A DNA stretch of 64,000 nucleotides from Pseudomonadota bacterium (lineage in GTDB: Bacteria; Pseudomonadota; Gammaproteobacteria; Pseudomonadales; JAUIET01). Position 1 is the stretch's first letter, and each line of letters opens with the position of its first letter. Shown one piece after another: positions 17,806 through 28,210 of the stretch. The stretch spans positions 62,677 through 126,676 of the forward strand of contig JBCCIP010000010.1 in the NCBI GenBank assembly GCA_039111475.1, in the 5' to 3' direction. Under the pieces are notes generated by a model that was not told where the DNA came from, did no database searches, and saw only the letters and a list, made by a program, of their open reading frames with translations. The translations under genes were made by a program, and so were the position numbers.

Positions 17806-19773
17806 ATGAGCTTTTCTAAGAAAGCGAAATCACCTACTCAGCCACGCGCGTTTTGCAATCGCCGCCGTCTGCTTGCGCTCTTAACGCCAGTGTTCGCAAT
17901 TCAAAGTATGGGCCTGACGGCGTTTGAATCAGTCTGGCCAAAGGAATGGTTTGAGCCTGCCATGACCGCTTCGCAATTGGGTATTAAACGGTTTTACGAA
18001 AGCCCAGTGTTGTCCCCTGATCTGCCTCTGATCACACAGCGACTGCCAAATGATCCTGTCGTTATCGTACCCCTGGACTCAATTGGAAGCTATGGCGGCA
18101 CCGCCCGCATTATTGCTGAAGACTTAGGAATGCTGTTTGGCCGTGAGGGCTTGTTCATCATTTCTGCCGATCATAAAACCATTCTGCCAAACCTGGCGAA
18201 ATCCTGGCACTACAGTGAGGATGGGCGCACGCTTACGGTAAATTTGCGTGAGGGCTTAAAGTGGTCAGACGGACATTCTTTGACTGCGGACGATTTCTTG
18301 TTCGCTACTAACGACTTGTTACTTAACACACAATTCCTGCCGAATACGCCTTCATTGATGCGCGGCTTGACGTTACAGGCGAAAGACGCGTTAACCCTTG
18401 TCTATGGGTTTCCAGAACCACGCCCTCTGTTTATAAATTTTATGGCGCAGTCGCCGGAACTGTTCATGATGCCAAAACACTACTTCGCTGCGTATCATCC
18501 ACGCTATACCACGCCCGATACACTCAAGCAGCGACTGGACAAAATTGGTTTTCTGAATTGGTCGACGTTCATTACCAACACTGGATTGCAACAACGGCGA
18601 ATTCCGGAGCTCGCCAATCAACCATCGATGGGTGCGTTTGTCCCTGTCAGCCTTACCCCCAGCGTTTCTCGCTATGAGCGCAATCCCTATTATTTCAAAA
18701 TAGATCCACACGGCCAGCAATTGCCCTATATTGACGCCATAGATGCGGAAGACGTGCGTGATAACGCGGTGGCGGTCGCCAAGGCGTCCACAGGACAGCT
18801 GGATTTTGCTGGAATCCGCATGCCGACGCAGGACATACCGTTACTGAAACTTGGCGAAAGCAATAGCGGTATCAAAGTCAATATCTGGCGTCGCCTACAC
18901 GGCAATGATGTCGTAATACAAGCCAATTTCAATCACGCTAATGCCAAACTGAGATCGCTGTTTTGGGACATCAGATTCCGCCGTGCACTTTCTTTGGCCA
19001 TAAATCGCGACGAGATGAACGAGATAATTTACTTCGGGAGAGGCGTGCCTCGGCAGGTGACAGTCATTCCGGAAAGTGATTACTTTGAGCCCTATTTTGC
19101 AACGGCGTATGCGAATTTTGATCTGGCGGCGGCGCATAAGCTACTCGATGATATGGGGCTGAAGGACGTCGACGGAGACGGCTTGCGTGAGTACCCTGAT
19201 GGTAGTCGCTTAACCTTGACTGTTGAATTCGTTGCCACAGAAACGCCCAAGCAGATATCCATGGAGTTGGTCATCAGTTACTGGAAGGCGGTTGGTATCG
19301 ATGTGCGCTTGAAACAGATTGATCGTGGTCTGCAGTACGCACGCGCGATCGCGGGCAAGATGGAAATGACCGTATGGCATGCGGATCGTACCACCGACAT
19401 TTTGTTCCCGATCAGCCCTGACTTCTGGGTGCCACGCAAGCTCGCCGCAAGCCTGTCTATGTGGAACCAATGGTCGCTTTGGTATATGAGCAATGGTCAC
19501 CAGGGCGAGAAGCCGCCGGCCGAGATCCGCGACCTTCAGGCTTGGGCGGATCAGTTGGCCACTTCGATGGATCCTGCACAACGCGTACGCTTGGGTAAAA
19601 AGATACTTGGCTCCAACGCTGACAATGTCTGGACAATAGGAACCATCGGCCTGGCGCCACATCCTGTGGTGATATCGGACCGTCTGAAGAATGTGGTGGA
19701 ACGTGGATTATGGGGCTGGGACACGCGATGGACTTCACCCTACCACCCAGCGACCTGGTTTCTCGCGAAATGA
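17806..19773 (+). CDS. ABC transporter periplasmic substrate-binding protein, family 5 (peptide/oligopeptide/nickel type).
   Basis: Size of about 655 aa, general family-5 SBP sequence character, and its position at the head of a five-gene ABC operon. Confidence 0.8.
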   Translation: MSFSKKAKSPTQPRAFCNRRRLLALLTPVFAIQSMGLTAFESVWPKEWFEPAMTASQLGIKRFYESPVLSPDLPLITQRLPNDPVVIVPLDSIGSYGGTARIIAEDLGMLFGREGLFIISADHKTILPNLAKSWHYSEDGRTLTVNLREGLKWSDGHSLTADDFLFATNDLLLNTQFLPNTPSLMRGLTLQAKDALTLVYGFPEPRPLFINFMAQSPELFMMPKHYFAAYHPRYTTPDTLKQRLDKIGFLNWSTFITNTGLQQRRIPELANQPSMGAFVPVSLTPSVSRYERNPYYFKIDPHGQQLPYIDAIDAEDVRDNAVAVAKASTGQLDFAGIRMPTQDIPLLKLGESNSGIKVNIWRRLHGNDVVIQANFNHANAKLRSLFWDIRFRRALSLAINRDEMNEIIYFGRGVPRQVTVIPESDYFEPYFATAYANFDLAAAHKLLDDMGLKDVDGDGLREYPDGSRLTLTVEFVATETPKQISMELVISYWKAVGIDVRLKQIDRGLQYARAIAGKMEMTVWHADRTTDILFPISPDFWVPRKLAASLSMWNQWSLWYMSNGHQGEKPPAEIRDLQAWADQLATSMDPAQRVRLGKKILGSNADNVWTIGTIGLAPHPVVISDRLKNVVERGLWGWDTRWTSPYHPATWFLAK

Positions 19774-19789
19774 TGACGTCACTGGGCTG

Positions 19790-20779
19790 ATGAAGCGCTA
19801 TATATTGCGTCGATTGTTGGGGATGATCCCCACTCTGATCGCCATATCGATCATCGTGTTTATTGTTATTCAGTTACCCGAGGGCGATATTGTTACATCA
19901 ACCCTGGATCAGTTGACAGCAAGCGTTGTTGATCTAAACGATGATCGGGTGAAAAACCTTCGCGCGCAATACAATTTGGATCAGCCCCTGCCACTGCAGT
20001 ACTTAAGCTGGATTGGCAATTTCATCACCGGCGACATGGGTTTTTCGTATTTGTTTTCCAAGCCCGTCAACGAACTTGTGTGGGAACGCATTGGCTATAC
20101 ATTGCTGGTGACCGTGTCAGCGTTGATATTTACTTGGCTTTTGGCCTTGCCCATCGGTATCTATTGCGCGGTTCGTCAGTACTCAGTGGGCGACTATGTG
20201 TTTACCACCATTGGCCTGCTGGGTTTGGCCACGCCTAATTTTCTCATTGCGTTAATTCTAATGTACCTGGGCTACACCTGGTTCGGTTTAAGCTTTGGTG
20301 GATTGTTCTCACCAGAATATCTCAATGCGCCGTGGAGCTGGGCGCGCGTAGGGGATTTAATAAGCCATCTGTGGATTCCTGTGATCGTGCTTGGTACGTC
20401 TGGCATGGCAGTCACCATGCGACTAATGCGAGCCAATCTGTTGGACGAGCTCCAAAAACCCTATGTGACAACGGCGCGTGCCAAGGGCATGGCGCCGGGC
20501 AAGCTGTTATTAAATTACCCGGTGCGTATTGCGATCAATCCATTCATTAGCACGATTGGCTTATTACTGCCGGCGCTATTGTCCGGTGAAGCCATTGTGT
20601 CGGTCGTCTTGAACTTACCCACCACGGGTCCGCTGCTTGTGCAAGCACTGATATCGCAGGACATGTATCTTGCCGGTAGCCTGATTATGCTGCTCAGTGT
20701 GCTCACGGTAGTGGGCATGTTGCTGTCGGATATTTTGCTCGCCTGGGTTGATCCACGGATTCGCTATGGTCGAACCTGA
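19790..20779 (+). CDS. ABC transporter permease (DppB/OppB-like).
   Basis: Typical N-terminal MKRYILRRLLGMIPTLIAISIIVF, multiple TM segments and an EAA-like loop. Confidence 0.85.
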   Translation: MKRYILRRLLGMIPTLIAISIIVFIVIQLPEGDIVTSTLDQLTASVVDLNDDRVKNLRAQYNLDQPLPLQYLSWIGNFITGDMGFSYLFSKPVNELVWERIGYTLLVTVSALIFTWLLALPIGIYCAVRQYSVGDYVFTTIGLLGLATPNFLIALILMYLGYTWFGLSFGGLFSPEYLNAPWSWARVGDLISHLWIPVIVLGTSGMAVTMRLMRANLLDELQKPYVTTARAKGMAPGKLLLNYPVRIAINPFISTIGLLLPALLSGEAIVSVVLNLPTTGPLLVQALISQDMYLAGSLIMLLSVLTVVGMLLSDILLAWVDPRIRYGRT

Positions 20780-21872
20780 ACTTCTATCACCACGCCGAAT
20801 GGCATGGCGGCGGTTTCGCCAGCACCGCCTGGCTGTACTGGGCGGGGCCATACTCATTGCTCTGTATGGCGTAGCGTTATTTTGTGAGTTTATTAGTCCT
20901 TATACGCCAGACCAACGAAACGCCAAGGCCATCAACGCGCCACCGATGAACATTCGAGTCTTCGACAGTGAAGGCCGCTTTCACCTGCGTCCGTTTGTTC
21001 ACGGCTTGGAATTAACCATTAATGACGATACTTGGCAGCGTGAATATTCTGAGGACAAAAACATTCGCTACCCATTGCATTTCTTTACCGAGGCCGAGCC
21101 GTATGAGCTTTGGGGCATTATCCCGGCACGGCTCCGTCTCTTTCAAGTAGAGCCTGGCAGCCAGGGTTACGTGCATTGGTTGGGTACGGATTCCCTGGGG
21201 CGGGATATGCTCTCGCGAATTCTCTACGGCGCTAGAGTATCTTTATCAATTGGCCTCATAGGCGTTGGTCTAACGCTTTTTATTGGCGTTTTGCTAGGTG
21301 GCTTTGCCGGTTATTTAGGAGGCAGGGTGGACAGCCTTGTTCAGCGCAGCATAGAAATTCTGCAATCCATTCCTACCCTGCCATTGTGGATGGCGCTGTC
21401 CGCCGCGTTGCCAGTCGCCTGGTCACCCATCGCGACGTACTTCGGCGTAACCATCATCCTGTCATTTTTCGGTTGGACGACCTTAGCCAGACAGGTACGA
21501 GGGCGCTTCCTATCAATGCGTGAGGAAGATTTCGTGGTTGCTGCCCGACTAATGGGCGCCAGCGATACGCGCATAGTGTTTTACCATATGCTGCCAAGCT
21601 TTAGCAGTCATATCATCACCACGGCTACTCTGGCCGTACCGGCAATGATTCTGGGCGAAACAGCGCTCAGCTTCCTGGGCATTGGCTTGCGCGCGCCAGT
21701 GGTCAGTTGGGGTGTTTTATTGCAACAGGCACAGAATTATCAGGTAATCGTTATGACGCCGTGGCTTCTATGGCCCGGTGCCTTCATTGTCGTCGCGGTG
21801 ATTGCGTTTAATTTGCTGGGGGATGGGTTGCGTGATGCAGCCGATCCTTACAACCACCAAGGCGAACGCTAG
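20766..21872 (+). CDS. ABC transporter permease (DppC/OppC-like).
   Basis: N-terminal extension followed by TM segments. Overlaps the neighbouring genes, consistent with translational coupling. Confidence 0.8.
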   Translation: MVEPELLSPRRMAWRRFRQHRLAVLGGAILIALYGVALFCEFISPYTPDQRNAKAINAPPMNIRVFDSEGRFHLRPFVHGLELTINDDTWQREYSEDKNIRYPLHFFTEAEPYELWGIIPARLRLFQVEPGSQGYVHWLGTDSLGRDMLSRILYGARVSLSIGLIGVGLTLFIGVLLGGFAGYLGGRVDSLVQRSIEILQSIPTLPLWMALSAALPVAWSPIATYFGVTIILSFFGWTTLARQVRGRFLSMREEDFVVAARLMGASDTRIVFYHMLPSFSSHIITTATLAVPAMILGETALSFLGIGLRAPVVSWGVLLQQAQNYQVIVMTPWLLWPGAFIVVAVIAFNLLGDGLRDAADPYNHQGER

Positions 21873-22795
21873 TGTCTGACTGCCTGCTATCCATCAACGA
21901 CCTAAGTGTTGTATTCAAAACCGAGTTTGGTTTTGTCCAGGCTCTCGACCAGGTTAGTTTCAATGTGCCAAGAGAATCCGTCACCGCTCTGGTTGGTGAA
22001 TCGGGATCGGGGAAATCGGTCACAAGCAATAGCATAATGCGATTGCTACCGAGTAATGCAAAATGCGTTGGCGGCATTACGATGTATCCGGCCAACGCTG
22101 ATCCCATACCCATTTCTTCCCTGAAACCCAAGGATGCGCGCTTGCGACGCGTACGTGGTGAACTTGTAAGTATGGTTTTTCAAGACCCAATGACGGCGCT
22201 ATCGCCTGTGCACCGGATTGGCGATCAGGTTGCTGAGGCGATACTTTGCCATCGCAAAGTAAACAATAAAACAGCTTGGAACGAGGCAGCAACCATGCTG
22301 ACGCGTGTAGGCATTCCGGATGTGCAGCAAAAGATGCGTATGTACCCATTCGAATTTTCAGGAGGCATGCGTCAACGCGCCATTATTGCAATGGCATTGG
22401 TGTGTAACCCGCAACTGCTGATCTGCGATGAGCCAACGACTGCGCTCGATGTCACTGTTCAGGCAGAAATTCTGGTACTGATCAAGTCTTTGCAGAAATC
22501 ACTGAAAAATTCTGTGCTGTTCATTACCCACGACCTTGGCGTTGTCGCCCAGGTTGCCGACCGAGTAGTGATTATGTACAACGGACAGATCGTGGAAGAA
22601 GGCAGCGTGCGTAAGATACTGGGGACACCTGAGCATCCCTATACACGCCATTTGCTGACATCATTCCCAGGGGCTCAGCGCAAGCAACAGTCAGGCTCAC
22701 GTCCTGGCAATTTGAAAAAAGCAGCAGCGACGGGCGCTGACACGGAATTAATCTGGACATCTGCTGATCACCGTGTACGCAGGTACATCCAATGA
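21872..22795 (+). CDS. ABC transporter ATP-binding protein (DppD/OppD-like).
   Basis: Walker A GESGSGKS, signature FSGGMRQR and Walker B LLICDEPTTALD. Confidence 0.85.
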   Translation: MSDCLLSINDLSVVFKTEFGFVQALDQVSFNVPRESVTALVGESGSGKSVTSNSIMRLLPSNAKCVGGITMYPANADPIPISSLKPKDARLRRVRGELVSMVFQDPMTALSPVHRIGDQVAEAILCHRKVNNKTAWNEAATMLTRVGIPDVQQKMRMYPFEFSGGMRQRAIIAMALVCNPQLLICDEPTTALDVTVQAEILVLIKSLQKSLKNSVLFITHDLGVVAQVADRVVIMYNGQIVEEGSVRKILGTPEHPYTRHLLTSFPGAQRKQQSGSRPGNLKKAAATGADTELIWTSADHRVRRYIQ

Positions 22796-23607
22796 ACCAA
22801 TTGTTGTCTGTGAATGGACTTTGCAAATCATATTCTGAGCAAATGGTGGTGCGCTCGGTTTCCTTCGACATTAGAGAATCCAGCACCGTGGGTATTGTCG
22901 GTGAATCTGGTTCTGGTAAAACGACCTTGGTGAAGTCTATTTTGCGGGCGATCAAGCCCGACGCCGGGTCGGTGCGCTATCACAGCCGGGCCGGGTGGAA
23001 AAACCTTGATCAACTGAGTTCAAAAGACTTGCTGCCCCTGCGCCGCGAGATTCAGATGATTTTCCAAGACCCATTCGCATCGCTCAACCCGAGGATGACT
23101 GTGCAGGCGATTCTGGAAGAGCCATTGAATATCCACAAGATGGGTAACTCAACCTGGCGCAAACAGCGCGTTGCGGAGATGTTGCAACGCGTGCAACTTG
23201 ACGCCAGCTCAGCGGGCCGTTTTCCGCATGCATTCTCTGGCGGTCAACGACAACGCATTGGCATTGCAAGAGCGCTGATCTTGGAACCCAGGCTGGTGGT
23301 GTGCGATGAGTCGGTGTCTGCGTTAGATGTATCGGTGCAAGCCCAGATTCTGGATCTGCTGAACGATCTGCAAAAAGACCTTGGATTAACCTATCTCTTC
23401 GTTGCTCACGATTTAAGCGTGGTTCGAGAATTCTGCGATGAGGTATTGGTCATGTATAAGGGCCGCCTAGTGGAACAGGGAGCGACAAAGCAAGTCTTCG
23501 ATAAGCCACAACACGACTACACCAGGCTGTTGCTTTCCGCCATACCTTCGTTGAATCCAGATGAACCTCTGCAACCGCTTGATCGCAAATTATTGGATCT
23601 TGATTAG
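22792..23607 (+). CDS. ABC transporter ATP-binding protein (DppF/OppF-like).
   Basis: Walker A GESGSGKTT, signature FSGGQRQR and Walker B LVVCDESVSALD. Confidence 0.85.
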   Translation: MNQLLSVNGLCKSYSEQMVVRSVSFDIRESSTVGIVGESGSGKTTLVKSILRAIKPDAGSVRYHSRAGWKNLDQLSSKDLLPLRREIQMIFQDPFASLNPRMTVQAILEEPLNIHKMGNSTWRKQRVAEMLQRVQLDASSAGRFPHAFSGGQRQRIGIARALILEPRLVVCDESVSALDVSVQAQILDLLNDLQKDLGLTYLFVAHDLSVVREFCDEVLVMYKGRLVEQGATKQVFDKPQHDYTRLLLSAIPSLNPDEPLQPLDRKLLDLD

Positions 23608-23888
23608 AACCTACGGCATCACCGTCAATCGTGAATTCGCAGCAAAGCACGCCATTCGACCGATAGCTATCTTTGCTGATCGGTGAGCAAGCCGTAGACA
23701 TTATTGACGCTTCCCTAGCTGCTTTTCTCCAATCGGTGTGTGAATTGGGAATCTGTGACCCAGCTTGTAGGTCTATATTCCCAGAGCTTATTAAACAAGC
23801 CTTGATAGTACGAGTCGTTCTAAGTGTTTCATTGTATTAGGTCATTTTCAGGCATAGGGTAGGCCATTCAAATAAAAGGAGAGAGGAA

Positions 23889-24683
23889 ATGAAAATACCC
23901 TTAGGATGTTTTTCGATTAAATGTTTGTGTCCCATGGTTATGGCCCTGGCTATCACCGCGAGCTGTTCTTTACGCGCAGACAATCATCCCGCACCGACGT
24001 TTTCGCCGACGGAAATATTTATGTGCAGCTACCGAAAGGGTAAAGATGCCGATGATTTGGCCAAAGCCACTGAGCAATGGAATGAGTGGATGGACGAGCA
24101 GAATGACCATGGCTATCTGGCATTGACCTTAACGCCGTACCTCAATGATCCGGCAGTGGATTTTGACACTTTCTGGGTAGGGTCCTGGAAAGATGGAGCG
24201 GCTATGGCGAAAGCCTTGGACCGTCAGGGCACGGGCGATGGTCCTGAGGTTATCGGTGAATTCTTTGAGGTGGTTGACTGTCCAACGCACGCCGTATTTG
24301 CGGTAGGCACGGTCAAAAAACCGAGCAGGCAAAGCGCTCCGGAAACAGCTATTATGTCGTTTTCTGATTGCTCAATTGCGGAAGACAAATCTACTGGAGA
24401 CGCTGCAAGTGCTTTAGCAGCGTGGGGTGAATACCTGACGTCGGAAGGCCTGAGCGGACCAATTTGGATGTGGTGGCCGGCTTACGGCGGACCAAAGGGC
24501 GATTTCGATTTTAAATTGGTTGAGGGCTATGCAACTAATGCAGAATTTGGCGCGGCGTTTGATCAGTATGGAAATGGCGGTGGCTTTATGAAAGCGGCGG
24601 AGTTGCTAGATGGCACCATAAGTTGCGATGTGCCGCGAGCCTATAATATGGCATTGCAAAGATCGATAAAAGCGCCTGAGTAA
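23889..24683 (+). CDS. Secreted or lipoprotein-like hypothetical protein made of two homologous halves of about 100 aa.
   Basis: N-terminal hydrophobic signal. Internal repeat: DFDTFWVGSWKDGAAMAKALD aligns with DFDFKLVEGYATNAEFGAAFD, and DADDLAKATEQWNEW aligns with TGDAASALAAWGEY. Confidence 0.5.
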   Translation: MKIPLGCFSIKCLCPMVMALAITASCSLRADNHPAPTFSPTEIFMCSYRKGKDADDLAKATEQWNEWMDEQNDHGYLALTLTPYLNDPAVDFDTFWVGSWKDGAAMAKALDRQGTGDGPEVIGEFFEVVDCPTHAVFAVGTVKKPSRQSAPETAIMSFSDCSIAEDKSTGDAASALAAWGEYLTSEGLSGPIWMWWPAYGGPKGDFDFKLVEGYATNAEFGAAFDQYGNGGGFMKAAELLDGTISCDVPRAYNMALQRSIKAPE

Positions 24684-24745
24684 TCGGCCGTAATATACGG
24701 CTGGCCCACACCTCGCAGGAAGAATGGGCCAGCCGGCAAAACGGC

Positions 24746-25627
24746 CTAGCCGACTGCGCGTAATGCATTGTGCAAAGCATTGATTGCCGGCGAAGGAGGA
24801 TTATTCGCGATAGTAAACATCGCCAATTTCACGTCCATATCCAAATCGAAATCGCGCCACTCAAACACTTTTCGCGCTTTTACCAGTGACAGTGGTGCCA
24901 GGCTCACGACGTTGCAGCGTGAGGTAAGGTGCAAACACGAGCCCAAGCTCGCCAAGCGGTACCGCGGGAAACGCAGTGATTGGCTGACGTGACTGGCGAA
25001 ACCTTCAAACAGGCGGTTTTCATTGAAGTAGAGACTGGGTATCGCCCACGAATAATCCTGCAACAGGTCTGCCAGCGGCGCGTTAGTGCCGGGGTGGCCT
25101 TCTCTAAAAACGACCACCAGAGGTTCGTGCTGTAGCGGCACCATGCGCAGGGCAGGGGCATGAGGAGAGGCCTGGAAATTCGCTTCATCGCCAATGGCAA
25201 CGTCGCAACGGCCGGTGGCAAGGTCCTGGTACATATCGTCACTGCCTATCGCCACTTCCACTTCCAGCTCCGGGTGCGTCTCAGACAATACCGTCAGGCA
25301 ATCGGCAACCAGTAAGTCTGCTGCCAGTGCTATTACTCCCAAACGCAGGGCGCCTCTGGCGCCGCCCGCAATTAGCCGCCCCTCTTCCATAAAGTCGTCC
25401 ATCGCCGACAGCGAGGCACTGGCAGAGTCGATCAATTGCCGCGCGTTGTCCGTGGGCTGCACCGCTCGGGTCGTGCGATTAAACAGGCGCAGTCCCATCT
25501 CTTTCTCCAGCCGCTGCACGCCTTTGGTAATGGTGCTCTGTGAAACGCCAAGGGAATCCGCCGCATTTCGAAAGCTGCCCTTCTGATAGACCGCCACAAA
25601 ATATTGCAGCAGCTGAATGTCATTCAT
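24746..25627 (-). CDS. LysR family transcriptional regulator.
   Basis: N-terminal HTH (FRNAADSLGVSQSTITKGVQRLE) and a size of about 293 aa. Divergent from the receptor operon. Confidence 0.85.
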   Translation of the reverse strand: MNDIQLLQYFVAVYQKGSFRNAADSLGVSQSTITKGVQRLEKEMGLRLFNRTTRAVQPTDNARQLIDSASASLSAMDDFMEEGRLIAGGARGALRLGVIALAADLLVADCLTVLSETHPELEVEVAIGSDDMYQDLATGRCDVAIGDEANFQASPHAPALRMVPLQHEPLVVVFREGHPGTNAPLADLLQDYSWAIPSLYFNENRLFEGFASHVSQSLRFPRYRLASLGSCLHLTSRCNVVSLAPLSLVKARKVFEWRDFDLDMDVKLAMFTIANNPPSPAINALHNALRAVG

Positions 25628-25643
25628 TCCAATTCTTCCTTAT

Positions 25644-25664
25644 TTATTTCCACTTTGGAAATAA
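25644..25664. promoter_or_regulatory. LysR-type recognition site: perfect inverted repeat TTATTTCC-acttt-GGAAATAA containing T-N11-A.
   Basis: Read directly. It sits 17-37 nt upstream of the lysR start, in the lysR / receptor divergent region. Confidence 0.5.
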
Positions 25665-25758
25665 TACACGCATTTCTATGGGTTTAGAATGGATGCACTT
25701 CCGAGACTCGGAATACCAACACCTTCAATTATTAAAACAATACAGTGGAGAATGCAGC

Positions 25759-28080
25759 GTGAAGAAGAATCTACGCCACAATCAAAAGACAATCGCCATA
25801 GCACTGGGATTTGCGCTTGCAGCGCCCGCCATATCCTACGCACAAGATTTGGAAGAAATTGTAGTCACGGCGCAAAAGCGCCAGGAAAGTTTGGCTGAAG
25901 TACCGGTAGCTGTGTCTGTTTTGACAGAAGACACGATAGACAACGCGTTTGTATCCAATATGGAAGGCTTGCAAGCGCTAGTGCCTTCGGTGAGCTTCAG
26001 AACGGGTAACACTACTCGTAACAGTGCGCTTACCGTGCGGGGCATTGGTACAATCTCTTTCAGTATTGGTGCCGAGCCCAGCGTATCGACGGTGGTGGAC
26101 GAAGTTGTGCTGGGTCGCTCCGGCCAGGCCTTCGGTGACCTATACGACCTGGAGCGCGTGGAAGTGCTTAGAGGGCCGCAAGGCACACTGTTTGGAAAGA
26201 ACGCGTCGGCGGGGGTCGTTAACCTAACCACACGCAAACCTACAGACGAGTTGGAAGGCTACATAAGCACTACGTTCTACCAGGACAATGAACGTCTTAT
26301 CAAAGCAAGATTGTCTGGACCCATCTCTGATCAGCTGCGAGGCGCTGTTACCTTGATGGATGGCGATTTTGATGGCTATATAAACAATGTTTACAACAAT
26401 GAGACTGTACAAGGTTACGACAAGCGCGGTATTCGAGCCATGTTTGACTACGACGTTAGCGATGTAACCCGAGTTCGCTTCATTTACGAAGATTACGAAG
26501 CAGACAACAATTGTTGTGCCGATCTGGAGGCGCGACCCAGCGGACGCAACCCGGCTTCAGAAGCCGCACCCAATGGAACGGGGCTTGATCTTGATCAGCG
26601 ACAGATTGATCACGATTTCGAGACGCGTACTCTGGATGCAACCACTGCTGTATCAGTACAGATTGAAACCGAGTGGCGCAATCACACAATAACGTCGATT
26701 ACCGCACAACGTAATTGGGATAACACTGAATTTCGTGAAGGTGATTTCACCTCTATTGCCGGTGATAGCAACCTTCCAGTATTTGGCGTGCCGTTCCAAT
26801 TGCACGATGTAGGCCCCCAGGAATGGCGGCAGTTTTCTCAGGAAATCCGCATCGCCTCAAACGGTGACGGCGCCTTGCAATATCAGTTTGGTGCTTTCTA
26901 CTGGGACATTGACTCCGAGCGCAACTTCACTCGTGATGCAAGCTGCCAAAATAACAACGGTCAACTCGACGCCGCCATTGCCAATCATTTGGATTTAACC
27001 CTTGGGCAAGCGAATGGCGCGGCTGATGTTGCGAACTTCATCGCTGCGAACAACGTGACATGCAACGCCAATGACATTGTCTCGGCTACCGCGTTTTTTA
27101 ATACTGAGTTCACCAACCTTGCCTTGTTCGGCCAGGGTAGCTTTGACATTACCGAAGACCTCAGTGTGCTGTTTGGTTTGCGCTGGACAGATGATGAGTT
27201 GTCGTTCAATCACAACCGCATTAACAATGACGAATTTGGTCGTCGCGGTGTTGGTGTTCGACCGCGATTCTCCGATGGCAACAACCAGTTCGACACCAAT
27301 TTCTCAGGTGAAACCGATGAAGACAATGTATCGGGCAAGTTAGGAGTTCAGTGGCAGTTTAGCGATGCCGGCAATTTCTACGCGACCTACGCCACAGGTT
27401 ATAAAGGGCCAGCCTTTAATATCTTTTACAACATGGATGATGACGACCTTACGCCAATTGATGCGGAAGAATCTGACACCATCGAAGTGGGTTTGAAGTA
27501 TGCCTTACCCGGTGGACTGGTCAGCCTTGCGCTGTACAGCACTGAGATTGAAGACTTTCAAGCCAATGACTTCGACACCTCTGACGGCACCACGGTTACT
27601 GGTTTTACCAATGGTGGTGACGTGGAAACGCAAGGTGCAGAAGTTGATTTTATCTGGCGACCGATGGAGAACTGGATGCTCAGCGGTGGTATCGCTGTCT
27701 CCGAAGCTGAGGCTAAAACAAGTGGTGCACCTCTGCCATTTGCGCCTGACCTGAAGTATTCACTGGTCAGTGATTACAGCTTTCCGTTGGCCAGTGGTGC
27801 AGAAATTGGCTTCAATATCAGCTATGTGCATACCGACGAACAGCTCTCTGGCAACATAGGACAGACTGACGCCGACCCGTTTTTGCTGCCTGAATACGAT
27901 ATAGTGAACGCCAGCGTAGGCTACACGAGCGCCGACGGCCGATACAGTGTTAAATTGATCGGCAAGAACCTGGGCGATGAGAGCTACGCCACCACCTTTA
28001 GTGGCGACGGCTTCAGGTACCAGATTCCGCGTTCTGCCGATCGCTATTTTGGCGTAAACGTACGAATCAACTTGTTCTAG
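25759..28080 (+). CDS. TonB-dependent outer-membrane receptor.
   Basis: GTG start preceded by GGAG. Signal peptide KTIAIALGFALAAPAISYA, plug motifs (EEIVVTAQK, ERVEVLRGPQGTLFGKN) and a C-terminal F. Confidence 0.85.
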   Translation: MKKNLRHNQKTIAIALGFALAAPAISYAQDLEEIVVTAQKRQESLAEVPVAVSVLTEDTIDNAFVSNMEGLQALVPSVSFRTGNTTRNSALTVRGIGTISFSIGAEPSVSTVVDEVVLGRSGQAFGDLYDLERVEVLRGPQGTLFGKNASAGVVNLTTRKPTDELEGYISTTFYQDNERLIKARLSGPISDQLRGAVTLMDGDFDGYINNVYNNETVQGYDKRGIRAMFDYDVSDVTRVRFIYEDYEADNNCCADLEARPSGRNPASEAAPNGTGLDLDQRQIDHDFETRTLDATTAVSVQIETEWRNHTITSITAQRNWDNTEFREGDFTSIAGDSNLPVFGVPFQLHDVGPQEWRQFSQEIRIASNGDGALQYQFGAFYWDIDSERNFTRDASCQNNNGQLDAAIANHLDLTLGQANGAADVANFIAANNVTCNANDIVSATAFFNTEFTNLALFGQGSFDITEDLSVLFGLRWTDDELSFNHNRINNDEFGRRGVGVRPRFSDGNNQFDTNFSGETDEDNVSGKLGVQWQFSDAGNFYATYATGYKGPAFNIFYNMDDDDLTPIDAEESDTIEVGLKYALPGGLVSLALYSTEIEDFQANDFDTSDGTTVTGFTNGGDVETQGAEVDFIWRPMENWMLSGGIAVSEAEAKTSGAPLPFAPDLKYSLVSDYSFPLASGAEIGFNISYVHTDEQLSGNIGQTDADPFLLPEYDIVNASVGYTSADGRYSVKLIGKNLGDESYATTFSGDGFRYQIPRSADRYFGVNVRINLF

Positions 28081-28089
28081 ACACAGTGT

Positions 28090-28113
28090 GCGGCGGCCGT
28101 CAGTGGTCGCCGC
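28090..28113 (+). terminator. GC-rich 9-bp stem-loop (GCGGCGGCC-gtcagt-GGTCGCCGC) 10 nt after the receptor stop codon. Candidate terminator, with no U-tract.
   Basis: Read directly. Confidence 0.35.
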
Positions 28114-28210
28114 TACTCGAACAAGAACCAACTCTGTTAGCAAAAGAGTACGCCAGGTTGCTCACCAACCGTGGCGGCGTTTACTTATTTGACACAGTGC
28201 CAGGTGCAAT

